A stretch of DNA of 64,000 nucleotides from Entomortierella parvispora E1425 (Eukaryota > Fungi > Mortierellomycota). Position 1 is the first letter of the stretch; each line of letters starts with the position of its first letter. The DNA is taken from assembly GCA_020891255.1 (NCBI GenBank), contig BQFW01000004.1, forward strand, positions 1,922,001 through 1,986,000, read 5' to 3'. A program made the position numbers and the translations under genes. Positions 1 to 11,092 of the stretch are shown here, one piece after another. The notes beneath the pieces were generated by a model. That model made no database searches. It had not been told where the DNA came from and worked only from the letters and a program-made list of their open reading frames with translations.

Positions 1-466
1 ACTGTTGAAGTCGGTTTAGAAAACATACTTGTCTGACAGCGCTTTTCCTGAAGAAGAGAAATGAACCAGAAGAAGGGGACATGAGAAGGTTAGCATGGCT
101 GACAGCGACCAGGTCCAGGAGCAAGCCTAACCAACAAAAGAATGCAGTCGTAGACGGCACTCCTCGGGATGTGAAAAAGGGTTAAAGTACGTACAAGCCG
201 GCGGGCTGGGCGAGGGAGAGGCGGAGCATCGACATGGCAGTGCGGGCAATGGAAGAGACTTGGAGATCAAATGGTTCCTGAAAGGCAATTCCCGAAGGAC
301 CTCCATGAGTTGAAACCATTGGCGATTTGTGACTGTTGAATGACCTGCATCGAGTAAACATAAATCACGTGAACATCATTATGGCTTCTCTTTTTTTTTT
401 TTTCGGCCCATGCTCTCATCCTCCTTTACTCTCCATTGTCCTTCCTAACCACACATCAGCAGCATC

Positions 467-1602
467 ATGTCTTTCGCTCAGAAGCAAATGGCCAAATTTG
501 GCTGGAATGAAGGCGATGGTCTTGGAAAAAACAGAGACGGAATCAAAAAGTCCATCTCCGTCGTCAAGAAGAACGACACCAAAGGCGTAAGACCTTATTT
601 TTTTTCCCTGCGGAACATCGGTTGTTCTTGATGAACTATCAATTCTAATATGTTTTTTCTTCCTCTCTCTACCTCTCTCTCCATCAGTTGGGTGGCAAGT
701 TGGACAAGTGGGACTTTGCCTGGTGGGATCACGTTTTCAACAAATCCGCTTCCAACATTCAGGTCAACAAGGACGAGTCAGGAGAGGTTAAGGTCGAGAA
801 GCAGGCACCCTCCGACATCCAGGTCTCCAAGATGGGCATCATTTCCACTTCTAGACCTGCAGGACCCACTCGATCTGCTGTTGTCACCACCCCTTCCACC
901 ATGAGCAGCATGACCCCCAGGGACGACTATGCAGAGGATTCGACCGCAGAGGGCGAGAACAAGCCCGCACCGGCTGCCAAGGCTGGACCTTCGTGGCTCT
1001 TTGGATTCGTCAAGGCATCTGCTACCAGTGCCGCCACAGAGGAGGCTAAAAGGACAAACAAGGAATTCACCTCCAGCGCTGCCAGTTTTGCCGCCAGGGC
1101 TGGACCCGAGTACGATGCCCTCAAGGCTGCAGAAGGAGATGAATACAAGGATTATAGTATCAAGGTCTCCGACAAGGAATTGTTTGAGGCTTGCGAGGGA
1201 AGAACTGCGAGAAAGGGTGCCAGAGGCGAGCAACCTGGAAAGCTGGGTCGTGTCATGAAGGAACTCTTGTTGGACGATGGATCAGTGGCCAGCGAGCAAA
1301 AGAAGGAGAAGTCTTCTTCTTCTAGCACCAAGAAGGAGAAGGAGAAGAAGACCAAGACTCCCAAAGAGAAGAAGGTCAAGGCAGCAAAGGAGAAGAAGGA
1401 GAAGAAGGCGAAGGAACCCAAAGAGAAAAAGGTCAAGGAACCCAAGGAGAAGAAGGTCAAGGCTCCAAAGGAGAAGAAGGAGAAGAAAGAGAAGAAGGTC
1501 AAGGAACCCAAGGAAAAGAAGGAAAAGACAAAGAAGCGTGGCGCAGAGGAGGACGAAACCCCTAGACCTTCAAAGAAGTCCAAGAAGTCCAAGGACGAGT
1601 AA
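467..1602 (+). CDS. G-patch domain nucleolar protein (GPATCH4-like) with Lys/Glu-rich tail; exons 467-586 and 688-1602
   Basis: Exon 1 reads MSFAQKQMAKFGWNEGDGLGKNRDGIKKSISVVKKNDTKG (G-patch). A GTAAG..CAG intron (587-687) joins it in frame to LGGKLDKWDFAWWDHVFNKSASNI, matching the GPATCH4 pattern. The C-terminus has KEKK repeats. Confidence 0.85.
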
Positions 1603-1771
1603 ATACCACCCGCTCACTACCACCATCATCATCATTATATCATGTTACCACAATTTAGCATAGAAGTAGATCACCACACCTGTACAATACCACTGCCATT
1701 ATCATCATCATCATTTGAATTATTAACTGTGGTATATTGTGGCAGGCTATGGTACAATTGGAGATGCGCCG

Positions 1772-4700
1772 CTAGGCGTTGATCTCCAGCATGGAAATCT
1801 CGCCCCTTGAATGCCGTCGTTGTCTAGAAACACTACTCCCTTGACTCCTCTGCCTCACCGAGTGTGGCCTGCTGGACCATGAAAGGGAGGACGAGCGCGA
1901 CCTTCGCAGCATGGGCCGCCCTGGGCTTGGCTCTGGCGAGAGCTCCTTCCATCGCATAGAGCCTTCTTGTTCATCTGTGTCATCGGGTATAATTCTTGAG
2001 TTTCTCGTTGAATACTCGCCGTGATGATTCTCCTCGTCATCTTCTTCGTCTTGACGATAGGTATATTTGACAATCCGGCGCCGAACTTTGGACCTGTCTT
2101 CACTCCGGTTTCCTTGTCCATATCCACTGTCATTGTCAGCAGATACTGGCTCTGCGTCCACTTTTCGGTCATTTTCACCTACGATAATTGAGTGCCTCTT
2201 CTTTTCTTCAACGGCACCTTTCCTATTGGATTTGGACATCATAGGCTCCGAGGCTGGGGTCCGGTTTGCTGCCACTGTCTTCTTGTGGCCGCGACTCAAA
2301 AATGAAAAATATCCACTCTGGGTTGGGCTTCCAGTCTCCGTCTCGTCCACGCCACCAAAACGTGCAGTGTCCTGAACTACAATCTCCATCTTGCCTTCGG
2401 CCAGTCCCTTGACGTAATCTCCAGGGAAATGATCGTTAAGGAAAAAGGGTAATACGATTCGCTCCAGGACTCGAAGCCATGATTCCTTGCGCATCCGCAT
2501 TATCACGCGAACGTTCAACATGCCTGACAAATGCATGAACGAGATCCCTCGGACAGGGACAGGCATCAATGTCACTGGATCAGGAGGATAGAGAGTAAGA
2601 GTACGGGAAGAGTCAATAAAGACTAGAGTCCCAGGTGGCGTCTCATAAGCTCCCCAGAAAGGCACGCGGGCAAATATGTCGTTGTTGTGAACGTGGTGGA
2701 ACATTTTGCAGGCAAGTTTGGATCCAAAGGCATGACTAAAGTCCTTGTCACCGATTCTAGGACAACCGTAACTACATATATAGAATACAATCAGGGTTAA
2801 GACTTGCATCAAAATCTAGTCGGAATGAATGCCCAAGCTCAAGATCGGCACTTACGTATAAAGTCCAGAAAAGATATCCAAAAGAGGCGAGCCGCACTGC
2901 ACCATCTTTGCAAGAAAAATTGTAGCCAGTCCACCTCCTAAACTGTGTCCGCAGATGTAGAACCGCAATTTCTTTCGTTTCATGTTTCCATCTCGCTCGT
3001 TTCGGTGTTGATTATTGTATATATCGAGGATGGTGTTGCCGATATTTTTCCAGGAACCAACGGATTGGAATGTGTCCTTGCTATCAGAGGCATTTCCAGA
3101 GAGTCGCCTTCGATGATGACCCTGTCCAGATTGATGCGTGATAGAGAGTCGTCTGGTTGCGGCTCTAAATGACCCGTTCGATGAAATGCTTGGCCTGCGT
3201 CTAGTAACTGGGGAATGGCCGTCAATCTCTTCAAGGCCTTCCATTTCATCTTGAGAATACAGGCTACCGAGACTGTTGCTGCGCGTCACGACTCGAGATC
3301 CTGCAGTAGGGTAGTGACCAGATTTCACCAACTTCCTAAACTCCTTCTCGGCGTGTTCGAGTCTCAGTCCGTCGACCCATCTACAAGACTGGGCAAATGC
3401 GCTCAAGTCTCTCACTTCTCCTGCAAACCGGTAGTCCACAGGGTCCGAGACGTGCGTGAAAAGTCCCATGACTAGAAACTTGATCAGGAGGTAGGCTGCA
3501 CGGACTGAGGTCACCAATGTCTGGTAAATGGACTGATTCGAAAGCTCCAAGTTTAGGGTCCCTGCCTTTGAAACTTCAGAACGGAAAGTAGAAGCAGGAC
3601 TGATATTGTACATCTGCGGGTCGCCTTCCACATCATCCCAGTCGAAACTGTTGCTGTACCTCCGGATGCGCCGTCTGCTCAACTCTCTCTGTTGCTGTGC
3701 CAGTTCCTCGGAGGGTAATAAAAAGTTGTCTGATTTCCCGAGCGCATTGTACATTCCTTGGTGGCATTTTCCAAGTGGTTGAGGTGGATCGTGTGAAGTT
3801 TCGATAGGAGCCAGGCGCGACTGTAAATCGGTCCAAGCATGCTGAAGGTTCAGTGGATCCGTTCCTCGGAATACTAGTACAATGTTGCGGCCCTTTTGAA
3901 CGATAAAGCCACATGTGTTCTGAAATAGAATAATAAAGTCAGGGGGGAAGTTGTTCCAGTTCGCAGCACATTATGCAAGGCCATGCACCCAACATTTTCT
4001 CTCTTTATCCCCTGTCTGACCATGTTGTTTTTACCTTGTATGCGATTGCTCGAAACGAGCGGAGGTCGTATCCTGACCGCGCCAGTTCGTGTCGGATAAT
4101 CGGGACATCTTCATAAACGAGCTTCGAGACCATGGCTAGTGTAGTAGCGATGGGCTGCGAATATCGAGGTCCATCTCCTCCTGTGGTATGACCCCTGAAC
4201 TGACCCTGATCCAAGCCATGTTCTCGTCCCTGTCCCTGATTCTGTTCCTGCGTGCAATCTCTGCCTCTTTGTCCATCCAGATCGCCATATCGAGATTTTT
4301 CAATGTTGGCCATCTCGAGCACTTTGGCCCAGTCTGCACTGGTCATAGAGGACAGATCGGATCCATCTTTGCCAGAGGTCTTGTACTTTGAGGAGCTGTA
4401 ATCCATAGACTTTGGCCGCTCTTTGGCTCGCCTGTGCGTGCTGTTAGGCCGTGGCTTGATCGAAACTTTACGCTCGTCATAATCATGGTCCCGCTCAAAG
4501 TCATGTCCGCCTTCTCCGATTCGTCTGACAGTTTCCTTGTCCAGTACCTTGCCAAACTCTCCACAAGGTTGAAAGTTTGTATCGCAGGCATTCACTAACG
4601 AGTATTGACCAGCGCTGGGCTCGTGGAGACCCACAAATGCCTTGAGGAGCTTGCGGACAAAGACATCGGAGAGCATGAGGATAATGAACCAGGACCAAAA

Positions 4701-5006
4701 GATCAGTCGGATTGAACCATTGGTGACTTTTCCGAGAACGGGGATTCCACGGAGGACGTGGGCCAAAGGGGTGAGCGCAAGAGAAAGCGCCCGGAGGACC
4801 TGGAGAATAATAGGGGTGGAGAAGCGGACGGTCTTCCATGAGAGAAAAGTGCAGGTGGAGAGGATGAGGCAGATGACAAAGAGTGTGAAGGAGAGGATGG
4901 TGACCCATTTGCGGTCAGCGTAGACACCATAGAATGTCACTGCCAGGGGGATGGATGCGATGGCGAGGCTGGCCAGCCAAAAGAGGCGGTTTTTTCCATT
5001 GGCCAT
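1772..5006 (-). CDS. Membrane-anchored class-3 lipase (similar to plant oil-body lipase OBL1 type); exons 5006-4035, 3919-2856, 2771-1772
   Basis: Motifs SKLVYED, IVLVFRGTDP, KCHQGMYNALG, GHSLGG nucleophile elbow, YTYGCPRIGD and HNNDIFARVP. N-terminal hydrophobic segments. Introns 4034-3920 and 2855-2772 are canonical and keep the frame. Confidence 0.88.
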
Positions 5007-5149
5007 GCAAGGATGTGTATGTCGGAGAAAGAAGAGAGATGACTATGCTCGACAGGAGAGAAGAGGGGAAGCGACGAGGGGGGGAAGGGAAGAATGAAGA
5101 AAAGAAGTTGAAAGAAACAAAAACAAAAAGAAGGATGGGGCAGAATCCA

Positions 5150-5594
5150 ATGGGGCAGAGTGAAGTGGAGGGAGTGGGCGGAGTGGAGTGGAGTGGAGTG
5201 CACACGAGCAGAGAGGGGCTGGGAGAGACACAAAGTGAACACACACACAACCCCTGTGATCTCATTTCTGTTTGGTTGTGTGTTTGTGTGTGTGTGTGTG
5301 TGCGCGTGGGTGAAGTGATGTGATGTGATGTGGGTGCGAGATATGTACAGTATGGGCGAGTGTGCCATGTATGTCCATGTGTGTACCGAGCACACTGTCC
5401 CATGAGAAACAAACAAGCTCTGATCCTGTTCCTGTTCCTGTTCCTGTTCCTTTTGAGAGCACACGAGCACTGCTTGCTTTGCTTTGCTTTGCATGGATCG
5501 ACCAAGATTGATTTTCAGCTGACCGTGAGGTCTGCTCTCTTTCTTCTTTCATCCTGCTTACTTCTATTCTTTGATGCATGTGTCTGTCGCTTTC

Positions 5595-5627
<33 letters not shown>

Positions 5628-5650
5628 GTCTTGCAAGTATGTATGCATGT
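5150..5650. repeat. Microsatellite cluster: (GAGTG)n, (GT)n, (GTGAT)n, (CCTGTT)n, (CTTTG)n, (CT)n
   Basis: Directly visible short tandem repeats in the region between the divergent lipase and carrier genes. Confidence 0.9.
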
Positions 5651-7283
5651 ATGTACAGTATGGTGCTATGCTGCTTTCCACGTCTCACATATCCGTCGCC
5701 CTTGGCTCTCTATCATCTGAATCCAACCTGACAGGTGAAAAAGGGAAAAAGGGCCTTGGCAATGATTAAACGATACTGCCTTCCTTCTCATTCCAGCTCA
5801 ACCAATCCCAACCGCAAAGCTGTGCTTTGAAAAGGGACAAAAGGAGAAAACGCGAAATCATGGTCCAAGTATCCATCCTTGCAAGCCACATTCCAGCGAG
5901 AATCAAAAGCACGCGTCAAGATAAATGTCTGCTCTGTGCACAAACTGGGGTTGTCACCATGCCTTTGCTCTTTCTATGTCCTATATTACTCTGGACGTTC
6001 CGGACGTGAACATCTTAGCCGATTCGATTCTGATACCATCGGGCAACTCAGCTAACCCAACCCACTTGACTACCCGTCTCCCTAACTCCTTCCATCTCTC
6101 AGTCTCTCTTCCTTTCTCTCCTTCGCTCCGCTTTCCCTCTTTTTGCCACGAGGCAAAAATAATTGTCATCAGCCCATTAGGACGACCACGCACCTCATTC
6201 TGGAAACCTTGCTTTTACGGTGAGAGCATAGCAATTGGCTGTGTGTTTTGTATGTAGAGATCGACTTGGACCATATTGGTTGGCCCCTTCCTTTTTTTTA
6301 TCTCTCTTTTCTCTTTTCGTCCTTTCCATCCTATCTAACTCCCAAGCTTTCTCACCCAGCACCTCCTTTTGATCAGTGTGAATATGACCACTTTTCCTGT
6401 AAGGACCCTTTTTTTCCCAGCACTCTCTCTTTCTTTCGAGATCCAAAACTCCCAATGGCCACCCTATTTATTGGATCTCTGGTATTCGACAACAGGACAC
6501 CGAAAAAACTCGGCACCGTCTCCTCGAAATCTACAAAAAGCCTTTGTTGACCCTTCCCTTCCTCTTCGACGCGCAATTGACGGGGTCAACAATTGTTTTG
6601 CATACACACAGACGGACAGACAAAGACAGAAAGCTCACCGACCCCGTTTTCCGATCGTCAGTACAGTAACCACTCCCACTCGCAATTACATCAAGACAGA
6701 AAAGCCCTCTCGCTCGCCTTGACTTTGCTCAACATCCGACATCCGTGGTGCAATGGCATCCGCGGCGATATTTTGAGCAAGCAAAAGTGCGGTGCCAGTG
6801 CGGTGCCAGTGCACAGTGCACACTTTTATTTTATTAAAAACCGTCTTTGTCATCCTGCCCTCCCTCACCCTCCGCCTCCACCCCCCTTTCCGTCTCCCTC
6901 TCTTTCTGTTGCTTTCGATCCCGGTGGGGCTCTCTTTCTCTACTGACTTTTCCTCGTGGCGACCGTCCATCCTTCTTTCTTCCCTCCACTTGTCTCCTTC
7001 CTTCCTTGCTCCCTTTCTCTTTCCTTCCTTCCCACTTTGACTCCATTCTCCACAAAGGCCAACTCAAAGTGTATTTTGACCTCGTCCTCCAACAACACTT
7101 ACTGACTGCACTCATCCCTTGAAGCACTACCAGCGCCACCAACGCCACCACCTCCGCACACCTACCCACCTACCCACCCACCTACTTTTCCCCTACCTCT
7201 CTTACTCAAACTTGTTCCAGCAAAACGACATAGGTGATAGTACACGTTCAGATTTGGAGCGTGTGCAACAGTCTGGAATCAAC

Positions 7284-8894
7284 ATGCCAAGCGACACCTC
7301 GATCACCCTCACAACCTCTGCCGCTGCTGCCCTTTGCGCGAGGATCCTTGTCCACCCCTGTAAGAATAGTGGCCATCCATCACCTACTCGTCCTCTCTCT
7401 CCCCCCCCTCTCTCTTCTATCGACCCTCGCCGCTCTTGAGCATGTAAAGCCAGTATCACTCACTCACTCACCCTTTCGAAACTAACTGGAAAATATTTAG
7501 TGGACAATGTCAAGGTCACGATCCAGTCCTCCAAAGGTGTTCCCGCGGGCATCGTTCCAAGACTGGAGCAAATAGTGACCAACATCCAGTATCAATTGCA
7601 ACAGCAACATCAGTACAGACAGCAAGCAGGACATCGACTTTACAATCACTCTTCATCATCCCCCTTGGGAAAATTTTACAAAGAGAAGCGCTTCTCCGTC
7701 TGGCGTGGCATCTATAAAGGGGTTTCGTTTGCAGTGATATTTCAAGTCCCTGCATTGACACTCTTCCTTTCGACCTACGATGCCTCCAAGCATGGAATTC
7801 AGCGCCTTGCCAAGAGCGCGGGTATCTCTGGATTCCACTACCATCATGTCGAGACTCACTTGATCGGCGGCATATTGGCCAAAGCAACTGCCAACCTGAT
7901 TTGGGCTCCGATGAACAAACTGCAGAGCATGGCCTCCCATCCCACCCTGGGCCCATTGCCGCTTACACTCCAGGATGCTTATCGGCTCGGAAAGCAAATC
8001 TGCAGCAATGAGGGCATCTTTGGCTTATGGTCCGGATATACGAAATCGTTCACATCCTTGCTGCCTTACACGATGCTCTACTTTGTGACATATGAGCAAT
8101 GTAAGCATGCAGCCCGATGGTTGCTCTCTGAAACGACGCAACGTACAGAAGGGGGAGGATTACGCGATTGGCATCAGCTCTTCTCGCGCGATTCTGTGCC
8201 ACCAGACCCAAACAAACGCACCTTGACCCCAGGGACCTACATGATCTGTGTGTCGAGTGCCGTTGCTATCTCCTCGACAATCTGTCAAACTGCTATTGTG
8301 GTCCGTGACACAATGTGGCCGCGTTTCCAGTCTCATGTCTCTGCTGCCGCAGCCGCCAGCACAGCGTCCATTGGCGAGCCTGCGCCCTCGTTTCAAGCAA
8401 AGCGGACAAACGCGCCTATGAAGCGACCTGCACCCATCACCAGTGCACCACACTCTCTTTTGCATCCCCAATCGTTGCTGGCTGTCCCAGGCTCACCAGG
8501 CTCACCAGGATCGCCCATCAGCCCATTGTCGCCCACGAGGAGCAGCTGTCCATCAGCGCTCTCCATGGTCGCTTCTTCGACATCTTCAAGCGCCTACACC
8601 CACTTCAAGCCCCCGTCTTTTGTCCCGCCCCAGTTGAAGACGCTCATGTCGAGCACTTCCATGGTCGCAAGTCAGGCGCTCTCAAGTCTGCCCTGGCAAC
8701 CGAGCCAGCACGCGACTTTTGCGACGACAAGCCTGATACCCTTCCGATCCAACGGGGTTCATAATCAGCATCTGTCACTCTTGAAATCGCCTGGCAAGGG
8801 ATACCCGCCAGTATCTCCCCTTCCTGCTTCCACAGCTTCCACACCCTCTTCATCGTCGACCGCGACAGCTTCTGTCGGCAATGGCAGCGGCAGC

Positions 8895-8925
<31 letters not shown>

Positions 8926-9218
8926 GGGGTCTCTATACCAGGCTCAATACGCCACCCAACAACAACCTTTTGATGACCATGATGAGATATGACCGCGAAA
9001 TGAAATCTTTGAAAATGACCTCTTCCGACGCCGGCAGCCTCACCACCACCACCACCAATACCAACAACAACTCGATCAAGAGCCATCAAGCACAGGGTAT
9101 CTTCCGAACCATTGCCAGAGGTCTGGGTCCCCGTATTCTTTGGACCGTCCCTGGTGTCACCTTGACCACCGCTGGCTTTGAGATGTTTCGTAATTTGGCT
9201 GCTGGACCCTCCTCTTGA
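7284..9218 (+). CDS. Mitochondrial carrier family (SLC25) protein, divergent, with a large low-complexity insertion; exons 7284-7359 and 7501-9218
   Basis: Splicing of GTAAG..ACTAAC..TAG (7360-7500) gives CARILVHP-LDNVK, the Px[DE]xx[KR] signature. Other carrier-like segments: EGIFGLWSGY..LLPYTMLYFVTYEQCK and a final helix RGLGPRILWTVPGVTLTTAGFEMFR. Confidence 0.85.
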
Positions 9219-9648
9219 ATGGATGATAAAGTCCCCTCTCCCCTCTCTTCCAACCCCTCAAAAACAACTACTGTAATGCTATTTTTTTCTCTTATGAACC
9301 ATTCCTATGACACCTTATGACATACCCCCATGCCTCCCCACATAGTGTAACATAATGATATAAACGGTCCTGATCTCAATCTCAACATCAATAATAAAAG
9401 CAAAAAAGAAAGCCCTTCTGGTGAAATGAAATGTTCTTTTATGTTCGCAATGCAAGGAGATCGCGTCGTTGTTTAAAATTACAAAGTGAGATATAGAGAA
9501 AATAATATGCAGATGGGAAGCAGATGAGGAAAGGATATCGGCCCGTCCTCTTTTAGAAGACAATGGTTTGTCCTCATGGGAGGAAAGAAAAGACGAAAAT
9601 GTGTATAAAAAGAGCGGGAGAGACCGCCCATTTTCCTGCTTCCTTTTT

Positions 9649-10877
9649 TTAGAACTTGGGGCGACGTTTGCGAGCAGTGAACTTGGAATCGTTTGCAGTC
9701 TTGTCTCCCTTGGCGCGCAACTGCTCCTTCTTCTTCAACACCCAGTTCTTATCCTTGGTGGGCTTGCGTTTGCTGGACCTCATGCGACCATCAGCTCTCC
9801 TATGAGAGTGAACGAAAGAAAAAAGAGAAAAGGGGGATATCGTAAGTTTCAAAATCCTAGAGGTCATGGTGTCGTTCAATGACATCCCTGTTATCCGATC
9901 AGCCCAAAAGTGTTCCAGAAAAACCTACTTCTTTGCGGTATATTGGACGCCATTCTCGCCAGGCTCGCCTTCCTCGTCGTTTCCAAGAGCAGCAGGGAGC
10001 TGCTGCTTCTGACCATTGACCTCCTGTCCAGCAAACAAGCACAGGTAAAACTTCTTTGCCTTCTTCGAATTGGGGTAATCGACCACGAGACCTCCCTCGA
10101 AACCACAACGGACTGCACAGCCCATGATCATCTGGACCTGATCATCGTTCTCGGGGTAAAACTGGAAAATAGCACGAGCACCTCTTCTCAAGGACGAGTA
10201 CAAGGTCGAGAAGAATCGGGTCAAACGCGCCTTGGGGTGATGAGAGGTCTTGTCAGCGTTGCAGAGCCACTGAAGGACTGAGATGGAAATACAGCCATCA
10301 AAGGTACCGGGGCGGAAGGCCATGCCTTGTCCAGCATCCTGAAGGAACAAATCTCCAGTCGCCTCCTGCTCCAATGCAACCTCCAACATGGCGGGGGCAA
10401 TATCGAATCCAACCCAGACATGACCCTCCTCGTCCAAAACTTCGCCACTGAGTCCTGATCCACAACCAACATCGAGAATGTATCCTGGGTAACCCTCGGG
10501 CAAGTTCAAAAGCTCAACAGCACGTCCTGCCATCTCTGCTTGAATAGCAGCAATACGGGAGCTATAGAAAAGTAAAGAATATAGGTTTAGGCTCCATCCG
10601 AGTGTGTACAGAACGAGAGTAAGGAATAGTACCCCCTCGCCGCTACAGCGGTAGGTGTTGATAGGGATCCAGCTGAAGAACGTACTTTCCGGTGTATTTT
10701 GCTGCCTCGTCGCCTCCATAGACCTACACAAACAGAACAAAAAAAGTAGCAAAAAGAGTAAGCAGACTGTCCAAGAGTGCAGCATTCCAGACCATTGTTG
10801 CAATAATCCTGAAAAAGAGTCAGGACGAGTGAATGCCTTACGATTTCTGGTGGCGCTTGATGTTCTGGCCGCGACAT
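9649..10877 (-). CDS. BUD23: 18S rRNA (guanine-N7) methyltransferase Bud23/WBSCR22; four exons (10877-10842, 10723-10686, 10561-~9929, ~9800-9649)
   Basis: N-terminus MSRPEHQAPPEI, SAM motif ILDVGCGSGLSG, FDGCISISVLQWLCNA, GLVVDYPNSKKAKKFYLCL and C-terminal WVLKKKE..SKFTARKRRPKF. Confidence 0.96.
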
Positions 10878-11092
10878 GATGTGATGCTAATGTGGTAATG
10901 AATGAAGCGAAATGAATGAGGCCGACTGATCAACCTTTGTCCAAAAAAAAAAAAAAAGAAAAAAAAAATCGAGCGGCGTCAGCCACCGCCACCAATATTG
11001 GACCTTCGAAATTGGAAGGTCGTGAGCGATGCGCTTCGCCTCGCCCTCTCTAAAATTAAAGAGTCGTTCAAAAGCTAGATTGGGGCAGAGAC

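Noticed and set aside
1152-1592. Phe/Ser-rich minus-strand ORF resembling a membrane protein
   Set aside because: It is the antisense of the KEKK repeat tail of the G-patch gene.
4915-5731. Overlapping ORFs in the lipase upstream region, and similar ones at 30310-31419
   Set aside because: They arise from stop-poor microsatellites and encode low-complexity peptides only.
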